A stretch of DNA of 63,965 nt, filler included, from Pelomyxa schiedti (taxonomy: Eukaryota; Protista; Evosea): NCBI GenBank assembly GCA_020536535.1. It is 11 parts of 11 records of this genome, joined end to end, with 100 filler letters (N's around TTAATTAATTAA, not from the genome) between each part and the next. Parts side by side here need not be neighbours in the genome. Positions count along the whole stretch, not along the records: positions 46,605 to 56,700 come from JAHLWZ010000545.1; positions 56,801 to 57,840 come from JAHLWZ010002949.1; positions 57,941 to 59,072 come from JAHLWZ010002789.1; positions 59,173 to 60,351 come from JAHLWZ010002732.1; positions 60,452 to 62,855 come from JAHLWZ010002005.1; positions 62,956 to 63,965 come from JAHLWZ010003009.1; 5 more parts are not named here. One strand, 5' to 3'. The notes beneath the pieces are model-generated. The model was given only the letters and a program-made list of their open reading frames with translations. It was not told the DNA's origin and searched no databases. Within the stretch, counting starts at the first letter, position 1. Each line of letters starts with the position of its first letter. Both the position numbers and the translations under genes were made by a program. This document shows, piece after piece, positions 54,822 through 63,965 of this stretch.

Positions 54822-55877
54822 AACCACCAGGAAAAAAAAGGAAGTGTTTGCAAGGGAAAAAAGTTCGTTCTTCAACAAGTGAGTAAAAGGTGGCCACCAC
54901 CCTCCACGGTTTTGTTTATTCAAATTCTTCCTTAGGGCAAGCCAAGAAACTAAGAATCGGGTGGGTGGTGTGTGGAGGAAGCAGGTTCATTGGCCCGAGG
55001 ATGCAGTGTGTCCATTCAATAAGACATATATATTTCCACAAGCAAATAAACAAACAAACAAGCAAGCAACCCCATATTCAAGCGCGCACCATGGCGCCCG
55101 TATATGTATGTATGTATATATGTCTGAGAGGGAGAAGCAGGGTGGAAAATGTGGTAGTAGATAGAGCAGCAGTGGGTAGGTAGATGCGGGGTGATGATGA
55201 TGACGAAAAACAGGAAGGAGTGTGCTGGTAGCGAAAGAAACCCAAAACTTAGGGCCAGTACAAACGGAAGAAATAGATAGGGGGGGTGAGGTGGAACGAT
55301 ACATACGACAAAAAAAGCGAGCTGGCGAAAGAGCAAGCAGCCGAGCACCACACAGCGACACGCGCGAGTGCCAACACAGTCGTGGGTGGGGTACACGCGG
55401 AAACCGGTGATTCTCCGATAGAAGAGTATGCAGCACCACACACGACACTGCGATTTTGAACGTCGAAGGAGACATACGGTGTTGCTACGGCGCGCCCCTT
55501 GTTGTTGGCCGCCGTGTGTGTGCCACCAATCATTTTTTTGAACCCTTGTTGCAAATCACATTACCGTAACGCGATGTTGAGGAGTGCGGCGACATGACGA
55601 TTGGAGCAATGGGCCGAGGGGAACGACACGAGCGACGACGTGGGCGAACCGAACGAAGGGGCAGCCTCCCTGATGGAGCCCCCCGTTGGCAGTTGCACAG
55701 CCCTGCCAGGCGAGGCGAGGCGCAGCACACCCACCCCAAGAGAAAACTCGGGTATAATTTCGTTTCCAATTCAAACAGGCAAACATCACTCATCACCACC
55801 TTTTTTTTTTTTTATTTTTTTTTTAAAAGAAGAAACTAGATCCCAACAACAAAAAAGAAAACAGTGCACGAAGTGGC

Positions 55878-55880
<3 letters not shown>

Positions 55881-55945
<65 letters not shown>

Positions 55946-56008
55946 ACACACCACACACCACACACCACACACCACACACCACACACCACACACCACACAC
56001 CACACACC
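55881..56008. repeat. (AC)n then (CACAC)n microsatellite running into a scaffold gap
   Basis: Direct reading. Confidence 0.95.
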
Positions 56009-56108
56009 NNNNNNNNNNNNNNNNNNNNNNNNNNNNNNNNNNNNNNNNNNNNNNNNNNNNNNNNNNNNNNNNNNNNNNNNNNNNNNNNNNNNNNNNNNNN
56101 NNNNNNNN

Positions 56109-56700
56109 GTACGACACCCTGTGTGTGCTCACACTCGCCATTGCCCTTGTTGCCCTTCTTGGTGTCGACCCACAGGTCTCTCTGGAATCTCAAGGAATTT
56201 CAACTGCTGGGTTGTTTCGGTTTTGTTGATGCAGTAACCCTGTGGTGTCACCTCACCTTCCACAACCTCTCGTCTATCAAATGGGTGTGCGTAAAATAAC
56301 ACCAGACCACGCGCTTTTCTATGCCATGCCAATTGGCCACGGAGCCACGGTGGACCTCGTTTGATTTTTGATTGATGTTTTTTTTTAAACGAAACGTACA
56401 TTTCTTTATTCACTTGATTTGGCAATTTGGTGAAGGATGGGTCTGGACGAGGTGATCCGGGAACTGCTGCCGAACTTGATTGAAACACGAAGGGCGATCC
56501 ACATGCACCCTGGTTGGGCTGGATCTCCTATTAAAAAAAACCAAACCAACAAACAAACCAATCCAAACGAGAGCATAATACAAACACAAACACAAACAAA
56601 GCCCAGTGTGGTGATGCTGGAAACAAACAACACTCACACCACACGCAGAAGTGGCGACCGAGGAATACGAGACACAGAAGAGGGTGGTTCAGTTCCTCAC
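56109..56700 (+). repeat. Near-identical second copy of 52479-53088 (M28 3' end plus M20D 5' end)
   Basis: Collinear, with a few substitutions, a 6-bp indel and two fewer ACACAA units. Confidence 0.92.
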
Positions 56701-56800
56701 NNNNNNNNNNNNNNNNNNNNNNNNNNNNNNNNNNNNNNNNNNNNTTAATTAATTAANNNNNNNNNNNNNNNNNNNNNNNNNNNNNNNNNNNNNNNNNNNN

Positions 56801-57840
56801 GTGTGGGAGTGGGTGCTGAACGAGGGGCCTGTGAGGTGGTTCAATGTGTCGGTGGCGAGGCAGCACTTGGCCACGAGGAGGAACGTCGCCCAGGACGAGG
56901 ATGAGGAGTGGGAGGCTCTGTTCACCGTCGGCGTGTCCGAGGCGATTATGGGCGTTGTGCCGCGCCTCGCCAGGAGCTTGGTGCGTGACACCCACGGGGG
57001 GCGCACGAGGATCATCGGGGCGAATGCCACTCGCTTGGTTGAGTGGGTCGTTGAGAAGCCATCAAAGAGATGGCTCCACGACGAGAAATCATACATCGCG
57101 GTGCTGCCACCGTTGCTAGCACCGCCAACTGTGAGTGGGATTGTGGGAGGGAACAGTGGACAAAGTGACAGGGTTCTGATGGGTGGCCCCTGTATGATTC
57201 GTTGTGTGAATCACAAGTGGTTGGTGGCCAGAGAGCTGGAGGATACGGTTACGGTTGTAAACCTGCAGCAACTGCCGGCCTCGGCCAAGGTCATCCCATG
57301 CATGAGAGGCATGCATGTGCTTGAGATGTTCATGGATGAGTATCGTTGTGATGAGGCATTGTTTATTGTTTCCACTGGTGATAATCGCAACGTCGTGCAA
57401 GCATACGTTGTGGATGTGGAAGAGCTTTGGTCTTCTGTGGACACATTCAGTCCAATCAGTTCAACACGCTGCTCACATCCTACTATCTCTGCTTTCTCTC
57501 CTTACTCCCTCCGCAAGTGGTTGGTACTGCACACAGAATCAAACAAGAGAGCGTTTGTAGTAGTGGTTACTGACCCGAGAGACGACCGCTACGTTCTACA
57601 GTATGCTGAATCACCAGATGATCCTGCCAGAGAAGCTCTTGCTCACTCGGCCCGTTACGTGTGCCCCAGGCTGGAGCTGTCACAGTTGAGTGACAGGTTG
57701 TACTGTGTGTCAGCGTCCGACCGACAGTACATTTCTGGAATCCCAGCAATGGAAATCTGGGACTGCAACGTGCCATCGCACCCACTGAGGGTTATTGAAT
57801 GCAACATCAAGGACACCTGTGAGCAGATTTTGTTTGGGCA
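56801..57840 (+). CDS. Intronless orphan-family protein, internal fragment
   Basis: ORF open across the whole contig. WEWVL...FTVGVSEAIMGVV resembles the WVL...VSVSLTLGL motif at 57941-58817. Confidence 0.6.
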
Positions 57841-57940
57841 NNNNNNNNNNNNNNNNNNNNNNNNNNNNNNNNNNNNNNNNNNNNTTAATTAATTAANNNN
57901 NNNNNNNNNNNNNNNNNNNNNNNNNNNNNNNNNNNNNNNN

Positions 57941-58817
57941 TCCTGAATGGGAGCACTGCTTCTTTATGAGGAAACTGCTGGACTATGACATTCCCTTTTG
58001 ATGGGTCCACAAGTGTGCTCACTAGTTGTGCATCTTCCAACAAAATGCAAGCAGAACCATCGGGCATCCATGTGATATCTGATGTTACCACTGGCCATTT
58101 CGTCCCACAGCTAATCTTCGCCATCACAACCAACTGCTTCTTCTCGAAAATTTCGACCAAGTCAGCAAACACCACAACATCATAACCATGCTCGTCTCTT
58201 TCAAGGAACATGATAACATCATCACCCAGAGGTGTGAACTGAAATTGACTCTGGATATCTCTGCACCTCACAACCACCTCAGCCCCAACAGGTGAACCAC
58301 ACACCACCCTGAGTATGTGGATGGACGTGGAACCATCGCCTCCAGTATCCACTTCTTCCCGCATTTCACAATCCAGATAAATCTCCAAACTTCCAAGGAG
58401 GCCTCAGGCAAGTAGGTATCATTCCAAGCTGCTGGGTCCCTGATGGCGTATTCCATCGAAAGTGAAACCTTATTGGCTGTTTGCACCAGCACCCTGTTGT
58501 CACCAATGCACCCACACACCTTTTCACTGCTATCACACGCGAACCAAGAGTCCCAGTGTCAGTGACACACTCACGTGGAAAAAATACTGCCCGCCACCAG
58601 ACTCCCTGGCTTGAGGAACAAGTGGCAGCACGAACACGGCGTCCCACAATGGGGAGAGGACCCAGTCGTCGGCCCACTGCCTCACCAGCGCCGGCGACCG
58701 CGCCCACTCCGTCATCGACGGACAAGGCGCAGTTATTGGTACGGCACGGCGGGCCACAATTGCAACACAGCACACCGCCAGCACCTGTGACTGGGCTGTA
58801 GTTCTGGTAGACATCAC
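57941..58817 (-). pseudogene. Frameshifted orphan-family gene
   Basis: Family-like peptide (AQSQVLAV...DDWVL...VSVSLTLGL; CIGDNRVLV; KCGKKWI; HILRV) is spread over successive different frames with no obvious introns. Confidence 0.5.
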
Positions 58818-58874
58818 GCATGTGGCAAAACGCGGGATTGGATAGAAAAAGGGAGTAAGGCTTCATATCTGGGT

Positions 58875-59006
58875 CAAAGGGCGGCTGTTTTTTTCCCTAT
58901 CACTTTCCTGTAAAAAAAGCCGCCCAGCCGCCCCCTCAAAACAGCCGCCCAGCGGCTGTTTTAATAAGGAAAAAAAAATAAAACAGCCGCCCAGGCGGCT
59001 GTTTTA
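58875..59006. repeat. Cluster of about seven AAAACAGCCGCCC-type motifs in both orientations, forming palindromes
   Basis: AAAACAGCCGC-CCA-GCGGCTGTTTT (58938-62) and TAAAACAGCCGCC-CA-GGCGGCTGTTTTA (58979-59006). Confidence 0.85.
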
Positions 59007-59172
59007 CCAATGGGGAAAAGCCATGTTTTTTCAATGTTTTTAACAGGTTTGAGTCTGCAACATGTAGACAAGNNNNNNNNNNNNNNNNNNNNNNNNNNNN
59101 NNNNNNNNNNNNNNNNTTAATTAATTAANNNNNNNNNNNNNNNNNNNNNNNNNNNNNNNNNNNNNNNNNNNN

Positions 59173-60351
59173 CATATACAGATACAACGCCCCGTCGTCG
59201 TGGCTCCTCCTGCTCACTTCCACCTCGCTATCGTCTTCATTGTCTGAATCCAGTTCGCACTCGTCCTCTCAATCATCTTCTTGTTCGGGTTCAATATCGA
59301 TGTCCCCCTCATATTCGTCTCCATTTTTTCCAGCACCCCGAGCAGATTCGTCCATCTTCGCTTCGTTGTCACTGTCGTCATCGTCGGAATCCAGTTCGGA
59401 TCCGTCATCGTCTCAATCATCTTCTTATTCAGGTTCAGCATCCTCTTCCCACTCACGTTCGGTTTCATCGTCAGAGTCGATCCCGTTTCTTCCGAGCAGC
59501 TCTGATGAAAGTTCACTGTATGTTGTACAAATCATTAATTACCCTTACACAGTCACTTCATTCAAGGCCAAACCCATGTTCTGAAGAAGCAAAAGGGGTG
59601 AACAGTTCTTGTGTCCTGAACCTCCCTGGGGTGACATGTGGACAAGTGGATGGCGTTGAGAGAATCACTGAATTGTGAGTACCTTACCTAATTATTAGTA
59701 CCCTAACGCCTGACTAGATCCCTCCCGAACAACAACATGCGTGGGCACTTGCACACATCCATTGGCAACATGGACAAGATTATCTATCTGTGTGTTATTA
59801 TTTATGAATCAAATTCCAACAACTCTCACTCAGCACATACCTATAAATATGTAGTGACCTGAGCAATAACAACCTTGACGGGACACTCCCACCGCAAATG
59901 GAGGATATGACCTTGAAATACATGTTTCCACTCTTCTTCTCCCTCCAATACAATCCCAACCAACAGCTCACAGAGATTTGTCAAGCAATCAGTTCACAAG
60001 CACTGTTTATTCGATCAGAAATCTGGGAGGTACCAATTTTATGTATGTGAAATTATGTTCGATTTCCAGTTCTTTCTTTCATAGGGAGATTCTAACATTT
60101 TTTTGTTTAGCGATTTGTCAAGTAACTACTTTTATGGCCCAACTGGCCCTTTTCTTGATTTCAAATCCCAATGGTACACACAACTCAAGCCAAACAACTG
60201 TCCTTGGTTTCATTATTACCAAGTGATATTTCTGAAACGTGCCTTGTGTGCCAGCAATGTGGGGTATGCGTCACTTCACCCAAGAAAAGTGACAGAAAGT
60301 GCAATTGTGTGAATAATAAGGACTGCTTTATTGATAATGAGTGTGTGGATC
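59173..60351 (+). CDS. Extracellular-type LRR protein fragment (Ser-rich repeat region, LxxNxLxG repeats, Cys-rich segment)
   Basis: LPNNNMRGHLHTSIGNM, DLSNNNLDGTLPP, LSSNQFT, DLSSNYFYGP separated by short introns. Confidence 0.7.
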
Positions 60352-60451
60352 NNNNNNNNNNNNNNNNNNNNNNNNNNNNNNNNNNNNNNNNNNNNTTAAT
60401 TAATTAANNNNNNNNNNNNNNNNNNNNNNNNNNNNNNNNNNNNNNNNNNNN

Positions 60452-60871
60452 AGCACAGCCGCCGCCGATCCACATGTACGGCAGCCGGACGTCGTCTGCG
60501 TTGTGGCGCCATCCACACAAGTCCACAACACCAAGCGTGGGCGAGATGCCGACGACGACGATCTGCATCCGGTTGTAAACCTGGCCACTGGAGGTCACAT
60601 AGACGCAGCCAGGGATCATGTGCTCTGCACCCATGACAAGCACCGTGCCCACATGCGTGACGAACCTCTGGCCGACGTCGCACGCGAGCACGTGGTGGGG
60701 CACGAGCGATGCGGGGCTGCGGGCACCGCAGCGGGGCACCGTGAGGCAGGCGAGCAGGGCGGCGAGCTGGTCGTGGGCCCACAGGGCATGCTGGGGGGCG
60801 GGCAGCGCCCCACGCACTGCGAAAGGGGTATTGGCGGGCTGTCGTTGTTTCTGTCGCTGTTCCGCACTCAT
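60452..60871 (-). CDS. Orphan-family (RCGARSP motif) 5' fragment
   Basis: AHDQLAALLACLTVPRCGARSPAS...VVVGISPTLGVV; cut by the spacer. Confidence 0.65.
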
Positions 60872-60941
60872 TATTTATTTCGTTGGTTGTTGTTTGTATG
60901 CATTGGCTGAACCCAGCGTCCTCAAAAGTCGAGTAGACCTG

Positions 60942-62372
60942 ATGATCAAGGACTCTCGCTGTGGTGACAATACCTATGACTTCAGGGTTGGGTCACTGTG
61001 TGCTGGTGTGGTCATGTCAACCACTTGGAAGTTTCTGCAGAGCATCACTGGTGTGCATTTTTTCTTGTTCCATCAACTCCCACCAACCAACCAACACACA
61101 CAGGCACATTCACGTGGGACCCTTCATCGCGCTATCTAACTCACCTGAGTGACGAAGACCACATTGCAACTGGTCTCAGTGTTAGTGGTAGTGCCGCAAC
61201 AGTGTGGACAACACAGTGCGTCACAACCGGCTCGGTGGCAGTTGCACGCATCACACTCATCCAAATGTTAGGTTCTGTGGGAATAAAATAAAGTCCCACA
61301 GAGTGAAAAGAAAGAATGTCTTGTCTTTTAGTTACGCGCAAGAGCGCTGTAGTAGCATCGTAGGATGCACAAAGTTTGGTTATTTTTGGTGTTGTTTGTC
61401 TCGTGTGTGCAGTTGGTTCGAGAAGCGGTTGTGTCCTTCCTAATGCAGAGTTCACCTGCATTCTGCTATGCCGAGTCCGTTGAGTCTTTCTCTGTTTGCG
61501 TGGCCGGTGTGTTGCCGGTGTGATGTTTCCTCTCGGAGTCCCGTTCTGGTAATCAATCAAGATCTCCTGCGATCTCTCAGATCGAGTCTGAATCTCCGAA
61601 GTCCGAGCTCGTGTACTTTGCAGAAGTACACACAAAGTGTTAGCTTCTGTGGGAAGAGAATAAAGCCCCACAGAGGGAAAAGAACGAAAGAGAGTGAGAG
61701 TGTAAAGGTTCTCTTGCTTGTTCTTGTGCTTGGGTTGCCCATGTTCAAAGGATAATTAATTTGGTGCGGTTAGGTGCGGTTAGCTTCGAAGCCACGCTGT
61801 TGTCCAATTCTCAGTCAAGATTGCCTCAGAATCAATCACCGCTGCAGTCCGCATTAGTGCGTTCTGCGTCTCATAAGATCGTCGCTGCCTTATTCCAGTA
61901 ATTCCATCAAGCCCGCATTGGATCTCGGGAGTCGAGATTCGTACAGAGTCCGCAGAGTGTCCATAGAGCTAAAGCTCGTGTACTTGATAAAGTACACAAA
62001 AGGAACACCAGATGCCTTACCCCATGCATCGGGGTGGTTGGCCCTGCAATCACGTCCAACCAGCCCACACCACTGTCAGGCAGCATCAACAGAAGTGAGG
62101 GCTTCTGGGGCTTCAACCTGTACAACAGGAATAGCACGTGCCACGACAGGAAGCCACTGCCCGAGGGTGACCACAGGAACGGGTGCGACAACACACCAGA
62201 TGGGACTGTGATCACAGTGACAGTGGACATGACTCACCCTGGTGATGGTGGGATGATGAGTGTGAGGGTGGGTGACTGTGACAGGGGCGTTGTGTGTTGC
62301 ACTGGCCTCCCTTCACCCCTCAGGTTCGCCTTCTCTGCCTGTTGTGGTGGTCACGTGATCAAGATAGAGTAA
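60942..62372 (+). CDS. SPRY/B30.2-like protein (possibly 5'-truncated) interrupted by two inserted elements
   Basis: FTWDP...ATG...TVWTTQCVTTG...RITLIQ [insert] RNTRCLTPCIGVVG...FWG...GTVITVTVDM...GLPSPLRFAFS. Ordinary intron at 61051-61103. Confidence 0.6.
61266..61632. mobile_element. 367-bp TGT...ACA element (solo-LTR-like), CAAA TSD
   Basis: Starts TGTTAG and ends AAGTACACA. CAAA at 61262-65 and 61633-36. Terminal hairpins at both ends. Confidence 0.8.
61638..61998. mobile_element. 361-bp TGT...ACA element (diverged relative of 61266-61632), AAAG TSD
   Basis: Starts TGTTAG and ends AAGTACACA. AAAG at 61634-37 and 61999-62002. Same two hairpins. Confidence 0.8.
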
Positions 62373-62955
62373 CAAAGGGGGGCGGCATATCTCGCCCACG
62401 TATTTGGCACTTTTCGGCTTGTGTTGTTACGGTTTTTCCCGATCTATCTAACCAGTGACCAGATACGAGTGAAAATATCGAGAAAAACACGAAAAATCGA
62501 TGTACCTAACTAACCAGTGGTTCGATATCCATGGAAATCATCACTTTTTTACACTAGTTAGATAAAAAGAGGAAAATCAGGTGTGATACACCCGAAATTG
62601 GGCCTGGTAAGGCGCAACCGAACTGGTGGTTGGTTAACCCTTTAGCTCAAATCCTAAATCACCGGGGACAATCGAGTTCCATCGCGGAAGCTGATTTAAT
62701 CGCGGTGCATCGCGATGAACTCCGTATTAACCGTGGTGAACCGCGAGGAATCGCGATGGATCGGTGTCGGTTAGATGTATCCTTGTCTCTTTTAGGCAGG
62801 CTGTGCACTGCACAGCTAAAAGCTACGTGGTGTGGGGAGATAAAAGGAAAGTTACNNNNNNNNNNNNNNNNNNNNNNNNNNNNNNNNNNNNNNNNNNNNT
62901 TAATTAATTAANNNNNNNNNNNNNNNNNNNNNNNNNNNNNNNNNNNNNNNNNNNN

Positions 62956-63965
62956 GGAATGAAGTGACTCCGAATCATGGCAGCATCGATTGTGGGGTAA
63001 TGCCTCACGAGCAACTTCCAGCCAACAAGGTCAAGGGAATCGTATCCAGTGCATGTTCTGGCCATGTCACAAACCTGTTTCGTTTTGCAGTCAAAATAAA
63101 TGAAAAAGAAAGCACACTCATACGTCAGTCAAAGGGATTTCAAAGGATTCAAGAAGCCACTGAACACATCCGTTCTTCTTCCCAGACAACAGCTTGAACA
63201 GCAACACGTTGTTGTTGGCTCTGATGTGGTTGTACTTCAAGTTGAATTTGCGAATCACCCACTTTACTGCCTTGCTTGAGAACGGATAGAAATTACTGGA
63301 TGTGAGGCACTGTGCTGCAAGCTCAGGTGTCAACAACAATGACAAGCCATCAGCAGCACCAGCAGAAACCAACTGAGAGAGGCGCTGCAGAGCAGGAAGG
63401 TTGGATTTCATGAAGGCCAAAGTTATCTCCTGAAACTGTGATTGATCGATGTGAGGATCAAACTGTGGGAAACTCTCCAGAACCAGTGCAATACTATCGG
63501 TAAGAAAAGCTTGAAGTGCTTGGGAAATCGCCTGGTGGATCGAAGTCATGCTCAGTGAAGATGGTGAGGAGAGGTGCTGGATGAACCACTGCAACCCAAC
63601 CAGCTTTTCCTTATAAACGTGGTAACCACTGCATATCTCTTCCAATGCGTTTCCTGCGATCTCTGTGTTACTGTTGATTGGCCGCATCACGTGAAAGGTA
63701 TCCTCCAACCATTGCGCAACTTCAGCGTTGTGCCAATGGAGTGCCTGAACCATGGAGTGGATGATGTTGGACTCTGAGAGTGTCACCAGTGTTGCCAGAA
63801 ACCTTGCAAGTGATGAACCATTCTTTGCTGATGTTGAACATGCCGATGCAAAGGACTCAGCTGTTGGAGTGCAATTCTTTTCATTTATCAGCCACTCAAC
63901 GAATTCCACATCTCCTGTATTTTTGCAAAGACAATTGAATGCCTCCTCTGTTGGAGTCTCTGTGG
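62956..63965 (-). CDS. Diverged VSRLVWEHVV-family member, internal/C-terminal fragment
   Basis: FVEWLINEKNCTPTAESFASACSTS...FYPFSSKAVKWVI. The intron follows PLTD, the same position as in the 39587-42090 copy. Confidence 0.8.

Noticed and set aside
61266-61998. Recurring hairpins as a CRISPR array or snoRNA cluster
   Set aside because: Only two units with ~370-bp spacing and no cas genes. TSDs and exact ORF restoration point to insertions.

Overview
Eukaryotic draft-genome window, not prokaryotic. It is about a dozen contigs joined by artificial 100-nt N44-TTAATTAATTAA-N44 spacers, plus one plain 100-N gap at 56009-56108. The genes are compact and intron-dense, with mostly ~40-55-nt GT-AG introns. 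Gene content and expanded orphan families suggest an amoebozoan, most likely an archamoeba such as Pelomyxa (inference). Recognisable genes: two DH-PH RhoGEFs, an LRR-PP2C phosphatase, a GDPD, a TTM-triphosphatase/guanylyltransferase mRNA capping enzyme, a GPR107-like 7TM protein, ARF, Rap, a p62/NBR1-like PB1-ZZ-UBA protein, UFD1, a NAK kinase, M28 and M20D peptidases and tRNA-Leu(CAA). There are also several copies of lineage-expanded ankyrin-like and orphan families. The most striking unannotated structure is a pair of related ~365-bp TGT...ACA elements with conserved terminal hairpins, each with its own 4-bp target-site duplication, inserted 1 bp apart inside a SPRY-like ORF. Removing them restores the reading frame exactly, and they could also be spliced out as one in-frame GT-AG intron. 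Also notable: a GGCTG...CAGCC micro-MITE (89-bp and 43-bp copies, each with a 4-bp TSD), many A-rich or poly-A 3' splice sites, and a probably membrane-anchored RhoGEF. All exon boundaries were read by eye and are approximate.
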